Part shown: piece after piece, positions 1-13,640 of the stretch
How the letters are laid out: each line of letters starts with the position of its first letter
Numbering within the stretch: the stretch's first letter is position 1
Assembly (NCBI GenBank): GCA_964035545.1
Contig: OZ037767.1
Location: 11,790,581-11,854,580, forward strand
Direction of reading: 5' to 3'
Length of the DNA stretch: 64,000 nt
DNA from: Bugula neritina
Lineage: Eukaryota; Animalia; Bryozoa
The notes under the pieces: model-generated
What the model saw: only the letters and a program-made list of their open reading frames with translations
Databases searched by the model: none
What the model was told of the DNA's origin: nothing
Program-made: the position numbers and the translations under genes

Positions 1-2161
1 ATGTAACAAGCCTATAAATTTTACTGATATTGTCACTATTGCTTGTCTCTATATTGCTTATCTAGTATAACAGGAAAATCTAAAATAAATTTTCCTTGAG
101 CCATATGTATTTTCAACTTGGCCACATAGAGCACAATAGGCCACGCTGACCGGAGCACAATGGGCCACCTGATCATTGCACCCTGATCACCGTTATTAGT
201 TTGTTTGCCCAAAAAGTTAGTTGAAATGTTAATAAAATTGATAGATATAGCCATCTTTGACTTTTTTGTAAAATATCAAAGACATCATGCTAAGACTACC
301 AAACTACAAGGTGAAGCTTCCATAATATATGCATCTAGTGAGGTTATGGCTTTGCCATTCTATTCATCGTATAAAACACTCTGCTGTTGCTATTAGTGGA
401 TAGTCAGATATTCATTATACATTATATCATTGAGGGAATATACATGTATATGACAAAAATGAATTGCGATTTGCTCATTTCTTCCCCCCTCTCCCTTCCG
501 TACTTCAGCCACAAACCTAGCCATGCACCTTAGCTACAGTTTATAGAAAAAAGTCCACTCGGAATAGTTTGTTCGTGTTATTAAAATTGTTTTCTGATGA
601 AAGTTCCTGTGAAGTAGAAATAGAAAAAATATTCCTAGTTCTAAACAGTAATGAAAATGGTACCCTAGAAATGAGTGATGTGCATTTGATTTTGCCCTCC
701 CCCTGCTATCTGTGGTGCCACAAACTGTACAGCTAAAACATGATTTTTGCTATAGATCTAAAAGAATATTCTTATTTATTTGTAATATTAAATAAATAAA
801 GATCAGATGCAACCAAATCAGCAAATTTTCAATTTGTTTATTGTGTCCCACCCAGGGGCCCATTGTATCCCGGTACCGAGGCACAATGATGGGCCATTTT
901 TTTGTCATCAAAAATTTCTTATTCTACAAATTGTGAAAGAGATAGAAACAACCAACTGATACCTATAATAGACAACTGATGTAACATTTAGACTAGAGAT
1001 TATTGAACTAAAAACTTGAAAGACAGACGAATGAGAGCTAAAAATTAAAATTTTGGCCCGGTGAACAAATGAGTGTTATTTTATGAAAGCTGTGCTATCG
1101 TTTTGTTCCACGCCAAAGTCATAGTTTAGCCACACCGTATTCCATATGTTTTGCTTTGAGTGTAAGCTAGAGTTATACTCTCTCTCCAGTAGATATCCTC
1201 AGTCTAACTCTACAGTTATGCCTATTTTGCTTTTAATACTGCTTCAAGCTTTAGCCTAGATTGTGAGCAATATTTGTAGTGCAGAAAAACATGATCTATG
1301 CTAATGTTCACAAGATCTTCCGATAAATTTTGCAAATTTTGTATAAATAAGAAGTTTGCTAGCATAACTGATATAATAATTGGACAACATTTCTTATTTC
1401 TTTGACTGCAAAAATGCTTGCAAGATATTGAAACATTGGTCTGAACATTAATAATTCTTTGTGCCATTTGACTCAAAATATGTTAACTTTCTGCTGCATA
1501 GAAAAGTGCTTTTGTCTGTAAGTATAATATGTACATTGCAATTATGTTTGTCACGTACTAAAGTCTGAATTATACTCTGTTTAATAAATTTTTTTGTCAA
1601 TTTTAAGCTCTAATGTAAAATGTTTGCAGCTTTTGAAGGCGATCAGCCACAATGCAGAACTAATCAAGGTTATGTGCTGCATGCTATATTGTCCAGTACA
1701 GTCATCAGCTATAAGTTATATTTTCATATGTTCCTTATATAACAGTAAAGAAAACTTATTTTAAATAAATTGATGGCAGATTATATTGCTATGACATTTT
1801 TCTCCATATATGGTACAATAAACTGAGGTATTAGCAATATATTATTCATGTGGTGGCTTGCATGTTTCTAATAGGTATATTTACTCTTTCTGCTATTCAC
1901 AAACAAGTAGGACTCTGTTTGATGATGTTTTTGACAACAAAATATTTTGTAGGCAGTTAAAATCTAAAAGGGGAGCTGCTGTATACATGCTTTCTGATGA
2001 TACAATAATATGATAATAGAAAAGAAAAACACACATTCTGTTAATACACATACCAGAATACTCATAAAAAACAACAGGTATATAGCATATAAAGAGAGAA
2101 GTACTGCACAGATACATCAGTAAGTTGTAAGATGATAAAACTGTCAATTACATGATAACAA

Positions 2162-4818
2162 TGTCGTACACCGAGTATCCCCAGGAATTGGATGTGACTC
2201 AAAGGTATTTCCTCCTCCAAGGGGGAATTATTGTTGTTCAGCATGGGAACGATGTCTGGCTTGTCAGGTACGGAATCTCTGTTTCATCCGACCCACTGAG
2301 TCTTTTAACTGGTACAGGCCGGTGGTTGTATTTAACAGACTGGGGGCCCACAGAGTAAAGTCTGCTTGTAACCGCAAGAGCTGTTCTTCCACAGTGGCCA
2401 GACAAGTCAGTCTCTTAGGCTGCAGAACGAGAGCCACTGAGGGTGACACTGCCTCTTCCTCCATGACGTCGGGAGTTGGCTCGTCTGTGAACAATTGGCT
2501 GAAAACACAAACCGCGACTGAGAATAACTAAGATCTCCTAGTCAGTCAATGTTTCCACCACTCACTTTCACAGACGTTATCTCTAGCCCAGTCAACTAAG
2601 TTGAGTTAGAGCTGACTGATGCAATTTAGTTTTTATACCAGAATAATATAGTGAACTCACCCCTCGTTCCGGCGTAATTAGACATACTGAATCTTAGAAT
2701 GGTTACTATGAGCGACTACTAGCACATCTGCTTTTAACTGCATCAGCATAAGAAAAGGCCAGGCAACGTGGTTGTGGCACGTGGTTGGGCACTTCACAAC
2801 TGGCGGATTAATTTTGTTTGTGGCTTCGCCTGTGTAAAAGTCAGTTTTTATGTGGAGCCCGCAACTCCCACAACTAACTGATGGTCTTTTTGTATGACGT
2901 CCTGCTGGACTTACATACTTGCCGCTTTGAACGCAGTCACATATAAAGTCTTGTAAGTACGCTGGGGGTCCTCTGGTATACTGTCCTTGTTCCAAAGGGG
3001 TGGTGCACTCACCGGTAGACTATCAAGTTCCACTGGTGGAACCTCCGGCTCATTAGTGACTGGTTCTTTTCTGATTTCTCCGAATGGAGCCCCTCCCTCC
3101 GTCGTGGTTTCCACTTCCGAGCTCAACTCGGGCTTCAGTAGTTACGGTATCGGACTTGGCGCCGGAGGCGGCGGACCCATTTCTGCTGGCGGAAGCAGTT
3201 GTTCGTCTCTTGCCAGGTCGTCCTCCCGCGGCTGACCACCTCATACTCGGGTCCAAGCCGCAGTCTCCCGCGCATTGCTGTCTGCCTCCAAGACTCTAAC
3301 ACTGAGGGAAGGAGCTTCTCCCACTGCGCCGGGGCTGTTCCAATACGGCTTCAAGCATGCCTCATTCTGGATGAACACCTGTCCTGAGCGCTCAATTTTG
3401 TAGGTATGGTTGGGCATTGCCTCAACCACTACGTAGGGTCCTACGAACTTGGGCTGTAATTTAGTTGCCTGTCCGCGGCGCCTACGGTGATTAACCATTC
3501 ACACCCAGTCTACCACCTGGTAGAGGGGTGGCTCCTTCAAGTCTTCACGCCACACCTGCCACGGCTTTTCCCGCAGCATTTCATGCGGAGCCTTCATCTG
3601 CTCCACCAGTTTGTTGGCATACTCGTGGATCGAGTTATCTTGCTCAGGAACATGGTAGGTCAGGTGGTCGAGCACACGAGTCTCGCGACCAGGCATCAGG
3701 AGGTTGAGGGTCTTACCAGTACTGGTGTATGGGGTACTACGGTAAGCGCGCGTGACCTGCAGCAGTACCGTATCCCATTCCTCTTAACTACGGCCAAGGA
3801 GCAGGCTCTGGAGTGCATCACCTAGCATCCGGTTGTTGCGGTCCACCACTCCGTGCCTTTGTGGATGGTATGGGGTGGTCTAGGTTTGATTTTACTTCCC
3901 AGAGGCGACAGAGGTCGCTTATAAACTGAGACCGGCACTGAGCACCTCGGTCTGAATGTATCTGTTTCAGGAGGCCAAAATAGCAAAATACATTTTTATC
4001 CAGCACCCTAGCCACGGTTGAAACCGATGCATCTGGAATAGCCAGGGCATCGACCTACCTAGTAACGTGGTCGGTTAATACTAGGATCCAGCTGTTGCCT
4101 TCGGGGGATAGAGGAGGGGGCATGGGTACATTCAGGTCGACAGCAACCACTTGCCACAGCCATCCGGCATACAGTCTCCGTCTTCCCGCTTCACCAGGGA
4201 GACGGCCATGCTTACTGGCCTGGCAGATCTCGCACTGTCTCACTCTGAGTTGCACGTCATGCCCCATCTCCAGCCAATACCACCGGAGTTGCAGTTTGGC
4301 GATCACCTTCTGGACAGATCACCCTTCTCCTTTCGTGGGTGTCTGCTGTTGGCAGCTAGTGTGATAGGTAATAGCCCATCACCTCAGATTTGCAGTGAGT
4401 CCCAACGTTGGCAGAATAGCCGAAGTTCGGCGCACCCCAGCTTTAATTGCTCCTCACTGGGTCGTCGCCCCTCATTTTTGGCCCATTACACGTCGGCTAC
4501 TACTCCGGCTAAGTTTTCCTGGAGTTTTCTCAGCTTGGTGACGTTATCGGCCAAAACGGGATTAGCGCGAAGGGTTTGTGCAGCCTCCGAATTTTTGGCA
4601 GTTATTAGTTTGAGTTGACCCTGGACTTAGTCTTACTCTGCCTCTTGACTAGCCCGTGTCTCTAAATCGGATTGCGGGGGCCTCCGTCCCTCCTCTCAAT
4701 ACTGAGACACTGCCTGCATTCTCCATTCGGCTGCCAACTCAACCCATCCACATTGCCGTGTTTCTTACCAGGTCGGTGCTCGATCCAGAAAGAAAACCGG
4801 GCTAGGATTTCTCGACCT
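2162..4818 (-). mobile_element. Gypsy/Ty3 LTR retrotransposon relic, copy 1 (RNase H tail, integrase, partial 3' LTR)
   Basis: Broken ORFs with integrase motifs (CEICQASK, WQVVAVDL, ILVLTDH, QIHSDRGAQ, KLQPKFVGPY) and the RNase H end (IEHRPGKKHGN). About 590 bp spanning the LTR 5' part and PPT are deleted at ~2487 relative to copy 2. Confidence 0.9.
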
Positions 4819-5051
4819 TAACACCACACATAGCACTTGCTGATGTGTGTCAAGTATGCTGAACATGGCTGTTTAGTTTAGTATAGTAAATGAATTATCT
4901 TCTCTACCTCTGCAGTTGGAAATATAATGACTCAGAAGCTAATAGAGGTTATAATCAACTTTACTAAAACTGTGTCCACAGGTTTCTGTCATCATTATTA
5001 TGATACTGAACTCTGCAAGTATTATAGCGAGTCAATTCTATCCACATCTAG

Positions 5052-5826
5052 GTGTGGGAGTTACTGGATAGAATAAAAATTATAGCAGACAGCCATAGCA
5101 AGACTATGTCACAGGTAGTACTTATAATAGATGCTCCTTTTACAGATTACACTCCTAATACAGATTATACGCTTTCTGCAGATTGTGCTTTTTATATGTT
5201 GTGATTATACTCTTTCTGAGCACTATACTCTTTCGACATTTTATGCTATTTCTACATATTATACTCTTTCCTCACATTGCAATCCTTCTGCAGATAAAAA
5301 TTCTGTAGATCACATTTACTGAAGATGTAGTTTACACTAGCTGAATTATCTATAACTTTGTATTTCTCACCTTGTGTTCTGCCATACATTAGATCAGGGG
5401 TCGACCCCTTTGGTTACTCTCCAGCTAATTAATATTTCTTTGTTCATTGTTTACCTAATTTTAGTAGACAACAATATTTAATTTTATATTTTGTGATTTT
5501 CATCTTTTGATTACCTCTTCTTCTGTGTATTATATTCTGCAGATTACACTTATATATGACTATGTATTATTATGAAGGTTGCACTGAAATGGCTGCTGCA
5601 GAAGGACTGTGTTACTTCAGTTATTATGGGTTGTAAGACTATTGAGCAGCTGGAAGACAACATGGCTGCCAGTGATGGCTGGGAGTTGTCTTCTGCTGAA
5701 ATGAATGAATTAGATGATGCTTCCTCCTATCTTCTGCCATATCCTTTCAAGCTCCAAAACATCGTCTCAGGACTCTGCTCATTTTATAATACCACAGCTG
5801 TACACAAAAGTGGCATGTCTTTCTAG
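5052..5826 (+). CDS. Aldo-keto reductase (YajO/Tas-like), last two exons, copy 1 (partial gene)
   Basis: Exons 5052-5114 (VWELLDRIKIIADSHSKTMSQ, AG/GT bounded) and 5578-5826 (VALKWLLQKDCVTSVIMGCKTIEQLEDNM...LPYPF) splice in frame into the typical AKR C-terminal region. No catalytic N-terminal exons were found in the unit. Confidence 0.8.
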
Positions 5827-7021
5827 GCTTGCTAGTGCAGCACCACAGTTGTACACAAGCAATGTCATGTCTATTTAGCTTTGTTAGTACAGTACCACAT
5901 CTATAGCTTATACTGGTGTCAAAAGCTGTCATAGCTTCTATCTTGTGTTGTTTATCAGTTGTTAACTTTATACCAGTACCTTGGTCAGTTTTGATTGTAA
6001 GGAATTGATGTCTAGGAGTGCAAAAATTATTATGTATTGGGTTCCTTTCATGGTGCTAAAATTCAATAGCAGGAGAACGGGCATGTTTTGTATATTTAAT
6101 CCATCTTCTAATTCTAATAAAAAAATGAAATCCTAAGTGTTGATATCAGAAGCATGCATCGGATTATTGTAGGAATAAGTTAAAGGTCAATATGCCTATG
6201 ATCTCTTGGCATACTCTCTTATGCTTTCTATGATGTGAGTGTATTTAGGTTTTTTAACAACACCTCAACTAATTAATTTTTATTTTCACCATAGCAACAA
6301 AAAGCTTGTTTTGGTGAAAGATAACAATTATGAAAGATTGTGATGCATTTATTTGCATGTACCATTAGTTTTATATTAAACAAAAAAGCTGTAAACTGTT
6401 TATGGTGACTCCACCAATGCTGGGAAGGATGATTTCATTATCAAATGTGTCATACTAAATTTATAAAACCAACGAAACTGTTGAAAAGTGAAAACTCAAC
6501 ATAACTTTGATTGATAAATACACATTATGTTGATGTAAGCTAACTTATTGATGCTTAAGTCTACAACTATTACATAACTACAATTTTCTCTACTATATAA
6601 AATGATCTCTATGGTTGAGCAAGTTTACTGATGTCATCGTATATAATCCATATTGCATGTATTTTGTGTTCAATCCCTTATATGCCCATGCAGTTTATAA
6701 AGTTAGTGATAACAATTGGATCAGATTGGCTAATTAGTATTTATAGCCTTATAATAGTATGATTTGAAGCTCACTTATTTTGCACAAATGGCTTTACTAA
6801 CTTAAGAAGATGCAATTTTCTTTCAATTGAATGTGAAGATGCCAATATATATTATATGCACAAACCCAATATATGTAAGTGTGTATATAGTATAGTTTTT
6901 TAGATTGTGAAAGTCATATGTATAATATGTGATGTAGGCTATATACATATTTTGTTTAAAAATATCTCGCGTGACTAAGTAGTTTACTGCACAAAACAAT
7001 TGTAATATATACAATACATAT

Positions 7022-7114
7022 ATACTATGGTTGAGAATTGTTAGTATTGTTATGTGATGTTGCCCAGGTAGTGCTTACGTGCATGTCTGCATGTGGATAG
7101 AATCTCATTTCTGT

Positions 7115-7118
<4 letters not shown>
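7022..7118 (-). mobile_element. Penelope-like element ORF C-terminal tail fragment
   Basis: Minus strand reads [22 protein letters not shown], matching the LNxRxExxxxCRH C-terminus of PLE GIY-YIG ORFs. The same sequence is at 38491-38588. Confidence 0.7.
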
Positions 7119-7336
<218 letters not shown>

Positions 7337-8368
7337 CAACAATTGATCAATAAACGAATGACAAATAAAATGATTGTTGAAGAATAAACGTAAATAACTT
7401 AAACGCAATGTTGATTCTAAAAGCCATTGTTGCCCACTTCATTTGCAGCAAATTTGTGTACACAGCTAGTAAATGCATGTTTCCTTAATCATATTCATAG
7501 TACAACATTGCTATATGATTATGTAAATGTAACATTAATATGGATTTCTCTATTATTTACTCATATGTTCTGTATTTTGAACAGCACACTAAACCTTGAA
7601 AAACTGGGTAAGTAACATATTCATTACTACAATTTTTTTTATATATTCATAATGATAATGTATCTTTGAAGTTACTTAAGTTCAACATATGTTGAATATT
7701 TATAATGCTACCTAATGTAGATGCTGTGTATAATCTCCATTCATATAAATTATATTTACTATAGTGGAAGTGAAGTATAAGTAGCCCACTTACTTATCAC
7801 ATCAAGTTATACAGCTATTTTAATTACTGTGATTAAATTATGTAGTTTGAATATATGCTAGTATATTATAATACTTGCTGTAGTTTACAACTGTTGGAGA
7901 GTTTATTACTGTAGTTGTGTGTTAAAAGTTTGTCTAGCAGCAGTATTTATCATTCTTCTAGCTTTAATGTTTACTCACTGAGATCAGTTAAGTTAAAATT
8001 TATATATATGACATATTTCAAAGATAGTCTGAGGCAACTCTTTAATTTGTGCCTGTTATGAGAGTCTAACATGCAATTTATCCAAATTATATTTAATATA
8101 AATATTCTGTGAAACACATTGATAGTTCTAAAATTTTAAGTTTGTTGTAAAACGCCATGCGTATGGGAAATTATAAGCTTTTACCTTGACCTGAGTTGAT
8201 ACTCTTTTGCTATAATTTTAGATAAATGTTTTTGTGATGCATGAGAAACCAAAGACAGTTGTGCAAAAGCTTATAAGATATTTGTAAGTATTTTCTGCTA
8301 TAAATATACGTATGTCATCGTCTGCACGAATAATAAAGGCAGCTACTTTTCTGATACAATATTATAGT

Positions 8369-11300
8369 AATCAGTCATTTCATGAGCTGCTTCTGTATTA
8401 AATAAATATAAAATACTATACCTCAAAACTTTGATATGTTGGTGCTAAAGACAACACAATATTTCCTAAATTCAATAATTTATATAAAAGCAAATTTCTA
8501 TAAGCTGTTGGCTGTTGAAGTTTCACATTTAAGAATTTTAGACATTATTCATTTATTGATATTTTAGTTATGAACCTCCACATAGTCCAAACACATTGGA
8601 ACATGAGCCAATCGAATCAACTGAACTACTTCTTGCTGACTGCACATCCTTCAGGAATGAGTCTGTCAAAGAGACAAGTTCAGCCATAGCCTTCATTACT
8701 TCATTCCACTCATCTTTTTGGAAACACTTTTGTAAATTGCTGGTGCATCAAATTCCTTTTCTTTTTCAATTGCTGGCAATGTATGGATGTGTACTTTGTA
8801 ACTTTCCACTGCATGAATCGTGTTTATCTTTTTCTGCAGCTTCAGCACTAAATATGTTAATGCATGTCAAAGGTGGCCACATCAGGGGCAGCTTCTTTGT
8901 GCTGTCAATATTACATGCTGGCTCTTTTTCTTCGATGACTGAACTCAGGCTAGGTTTAAACAATTTTATGTTGCATTTGTAACAGCATTGTTGATTATTT
9001 CATTGACAAGAGCTTTTCTCTGTAATAATTCCTCATTATTGGCTTGAGCGTGGAAAGGTGTTTGTGCATTCATAGTGACTTTCAGCTCAATCTCATCATC
9101 ATTCTGTGCTGCCTTCAACTCAGGAATTGCTGCTGTCGTTGAATCTGATTTGTTGTTGTCGATATTATGAGAAGCTTTTCCTTGTTTATTCATTGTAGGT
9201 GTTTCTTTGTTAGCCATAGAAGGAAATTGGGAGTCTTTAACTTCTACCTCCTTGTCTACTGGCGCAGCATTTGTGGCTAAGGAGACACTAGGGTTTATGG
9301 AGTTGTCATTTCTGTTTACTGGCTTAGGTTCTGTGACTGAAACACTTGTGGAGCTTCACTCCGTAAATACAAGGTTATCCAGAGCAGCTCTCTGCCTAAA
9401 AAAGTCATCTAGATTAGCGAGTTTTGTTACCTTTCGCTCTCTTCTTTTGCCTTCTGCTTTGAGAGTTGTCTTGCTGGTTGTTGAAGCCAGAATTAGTGGC
9501 ACTTGAGAAATCGGGTTGCAGGTTGCTTCTGATAGACACTTGTCACTCTGAAAATTGGTATCGTCTGGTGTTTTCGTATTATTCTGGCTTTGGTTTGTTG
9601 GGTTGACATGTTTAGTGACTAAAGTTAAACATATTAGTTACTTTGCTTTTATTTTTAAAATTTATATTCAATTTTTTTATTTAAAGCAAAACAACAATAA
9701 TAAAAATGCTTGTTTTGAATCCACACATTAACATTATTCAAATGTATGCATGTATCTCTGTGATTTTTTAATGAAAATGCTTACCTACTTTGAATGCCAG
9801 TGATTTGAAGATTCATTGTCTGTGTGTTTCCACTTTGAATAGATGGGACACTGGTTTGGGTTTTACCTTCCCGAGCAAATATTACATTGGTTTGTGTGCT
9901 CCCATTTGCAGCAGATTGATTGTGGCAACTTCAAGTTGACTGCTTATTTTATGGGTCTCATTTCTATTTGTTTGACTTGAAGCAACACAAATCATTTTGC
10001 TATTTGTTTGAACGAATAGTCCACAAGTTTCTTTTACCTCTGTTTGTGTGAAAGCTGCTGCAGTCCTTTTGAATGGCTTTTTTTCTGTGAAAATGACATC
10101 AGCTAAATACTCAAGATGACAAATGGAAAGTGCATCTTCTTCTTAAACTCCGAATCCTCAATTGTTTCACATATAGGCAGTTTCTATTTTTAGTGTTCGT
10201 GAGATAAATATTAGAATTATTGATCCATTTAAAAACTGGCAAGTAATGCTGTTGAAGCAATTTTCCTAGTTTATATTGTAGGAATCAGTCATTTCATGAG
10301 CTGCTCCTGTATTAAATAACTATAAAGTACTATACTTCAAGACTTTGATATGTTGATGCTAAAAACAACACAATATTTCTTAAATTCAATAATTTATATA
10401 AAAGCAAATTTCTATAAGCTGTTGGCTGTTTAAATTTCACGTTTAAAGATTTTAGACATTATTCATTTATTGATATTTTAGTTATGAACCTCTACATAGT
10501 CCAAACACATTGGAAAATGAGACAATCTAATCAACTGAACTACATCTTGCTGACACATCCTTCAGAAATGAGTCTGTCAAAGAGACAAGTTTGGCCATAG
10601 CCTTCATTGCTTCATTCCACTCATCTTTTTGGAAACACTTTTGTAAATTGCTAGTGCATCAAATTCCTCTTCTGTTTTAATTGCTGGCAATGTTGGATTT
10701 GTACTTTGTAACTTTCCACTGAATCTTGTTTATCTTTTTCTGCAACTTCAGCACTAAATTTGTTAATGCATGTCAAAGGTGGCCACATCAGGGGCAACTT
10801 CTTTGTGCTGTCAATATTACATGCTGGCTCTTTTTCTTCGAGGACTTAAACAATTTGTTTGTTGCATCTGTAACAGCATTGTTGATTATTTCATTGACAA
10901 GAGCTTTTCTCTGTAATAATTCCTCATCATTGGCTTGAGCATGGAAAGGTGTTTGTGCATTCATAGTGACTTTCAGCTGAATCTCATCATCATTCTGTGC
11001 TGCCTTCCACTCAGGAATTGCTGCTGTCGTTGAATCTGACTTGTTGTTGTCGATATTATGAGAAGCTTTTCCTTGTTTATTCATCATAGGTGTTTCTTTG
11101 TAAGCCATAGAAGGAAATTGGGAGTCTTTAACCTCTACCTCCTTGTCTACTGGCGTAGCATTTGTGGCTAAGGAGACACTAGGGTTTATAGAGTTGTCAT
11201 CTCTGTTTACTGGCTTAGGTTCTGTGACTGAAACACTCATGCAGCTTGACTGCGTAAATACAAGGTGATCCAGACAGCTCTCTGCCTAAAAAAATCATCT

Positions 11301-13640
11301 AAATTAGCGAGTTTTGTTACCTTTCGCTCTCTTCTTTTGCCTTCTGCTTTGGGAGTTGTCTTGCTGGTTGTTGACGCCAGAATTGGTGGCACTTGATAAA
11401 TCGGATTGCAGGTTGCTTCTGATAGACACTTGTCACTCTGAAAATTGGTATCATCTGGTGTTTTCTTATCATTCTGGCTTTGGTTTGTTGGGTTGACATG
11501 TTTAGTGACTAAAGTTAAACATATTAGGTACTTTGCTTTTATTTTCAAAATTTATATTCAATTTTTTTATTTAAAGGAAAACAACTATTCTAAAAATGCT
11601 TGTTTCGAATCCCCACATTAAGATTATTCAAATGTAAGCATGTTTCTCTATGATTTTTCAATGAAAATGCTTGCCTGCTTTGAATGCCAGTGATTTGAAG
11701 ATTCAATGTCTGTGTGTTTCCACTTTGAATAGATGGGACACTGGTTTGGGTTTTACCATCAGTTGAAAATATTACATTGGTTTGTGTGCTCCTATTTGCA
11801 GCAGATTGATTGTGGCAACTGCAAGTTGACTGCTTATTTTATGGGTTTCATTTCTATTTGTTTGACTTGAAGCAACACAAACCATTTTGCTATTTGTTTG
11901 AACGAATAGTCCACAAGTTTCTTTTACCTCTGTTTGTGTGAAAGCTGCTGCAGTTCTTTTGAATGGCTTTTTTGTGTGAGATTGACATCAGTTAAATACT
12001 CAAGATGACAAATGGAAAGTGCATCTTCTTCTTAAACTCCGAATCCTCAATTGTTTCACATATAGGCAGTTTCCATTTTTAGTGTTCGTGAGATAAATAT
12101 TAGAATTATTGATCCATTTAAAAACTGGCAAGTAATGCTGTTGAAGCAATTTTCTTAGTTTATATTATAGGAATCAGTCATTTCATAAGCTGCTCCTGTA
12201 TTAACTAACTATAAAATACTATGCTCCAAAACTTTTATATGTTGGCGCTAAAGACAACACAATATTTTTTAAATTTAATAATTTATATATAAGCAAATTT
12301 CTATAAGCTGTTGGCTGTTGAAGTTTCATATATAAAAGTTTCAGACATTATCTATTTATTGTTATTTTAATTATGAACCTCTGCATAGTCCAAACACATT
12401 GGAACATGAGCCAATCGAATCAACTGAACTACTTCTTGCTGACATACCCTTCAGGAATGAGTCTGTCAAAGAGACAAGTTCAGCCATAGCCTTCATTGCT
12501 TCATTCCACTCATCTTTTTGGAAACACTTTTGTAAATTGCTGGTGCATCAAATTCCTTTTCTTTTTCAATTGCTGGCAATGTATGAATGTGTACTTTGTA
12601 ATTTTCCACTGCATGAATCGTGTTTATCTTTTTTTGCAGCTTCAACACTAAATATGTTAATGCATGTCAAAGGTAGCCACATCAGGGGCAGCTTCTTTTG
12701 TGCTGTCAATATTACATGCTGGCTCTTTTTCTTCGATGACTGAACTCAGGTTAGGTTTAAACAATTTTTTGTTGCATCTGTAACACCATTGTTGATTATT
12801 TCATTGACAAGAGCTTTTCTCTGTGATAATTCCTCATCATTGACTTGAGCGTGGAAAGGTGTTTGTGCATTCATAGTGACTTTCAGCTCAATCTCATCAT
12901 CATTCTGTGCTGCCTTCAACTCAGGAATTGCTGCTGTCGTTGAATCTGATTTGTTGTTGTCGATATTATGAGAAGCCTTTCCTTGTTTATTCATCATAGG
13001 TGTTTCTTTGTTAGCCAGAGAAGGAAATTGGGTGTCTTTAACCTCTACCTCCTTGTCTACTGGCGTAGCATTTGTGGCTAAGGAGACACTAAGGTTTATG
13101 TGACTGAAACACTCGTGGAGCTTGACTCTGTAAATACAAGTTTATCCAGACAGCTCTCTGCCTAAAAAAAGTCATCTATATTAGCGAGTTTTGTTACCCT
13201 TTTTTTTTCTTTTTTTGCCATCTCTTTGGGAGTTGTCTTGCTGGTTGTTGGCGACAGAATTGGTGGCACTTGGTTGCAGGTTGCTGCTGATAGACACTTG
13301 TCACTCTGAAAATTAGCATCGTCTGGTGTTTTCGCATTATTCTGGCTTTGGTTTGTTGGGTTTACTGGTTTAGTGGCTAAAGTTAAACATATTACTTTAC
13401 TTTATTCTCAAAATTTCTATTCAATATTTTTATTTAAAACAAAACAACTATCATAAAAATGCTTGTTTTGAATCCAAACATTAAGATTATTAAAAGGTAT
13501 AATTCCCTATGCTTGTTCATTGAAAATGCTTACTTTGAATGCCAGTGGTTTAAAGATTCAATGTTTGTATGTTTCCATTTTAAGTGAATGGGACACTGGT
13601 TTGGGTTTTACCATCCCGAGTAGATGTTGCATTGGTTTAA
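8369..13640 (-). repeat. Nested ~1.9-kb tandem repeat, 3 copies (starts 8369, 10283, 12173), with a decayed minus-strand orphan ORF
   Basis: AATCAGTCATTTCAT marks each start. Recurrent peptides include MANKETP..NKQGKASHNIDNNKSDSTTAAIPELK and KHVNPTNQSQND. The last copy is shorter. Confidence 0.92.

Noticed and set aside
857-896. Hairpin GGCCCATTGT...CGGTACCG...GCACAATGATGGGCC (also ~15683, ~31984)
   Set aside because: Shares the GCACAATG motif with the nearby TIR element and is most likely a transposon end remnant, not an ncRNA.
2987-4618. Plus-strand ORFs over the Gypsy relic (and equivalents in units 2 and 3)
   Set aside because: Antisense shadows of GC-rich pol sequence.
8740-8775. In-frame TGA codons in the orphan ORF as possible selenocysteine
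   Set aside because: They disappear in copies carrying the 4-bp-shorter variant (e.g. ORF 28650-28835), so they result from a frameshift.
8596-8982. Recurrent plus-strand ORF MEHEPIESTELL... (100-128 aa)
   Set aside because: TTG start, variable ends and F/L/S-rich composition indicate an antisense shadow of the minus-strand decayed ORF.
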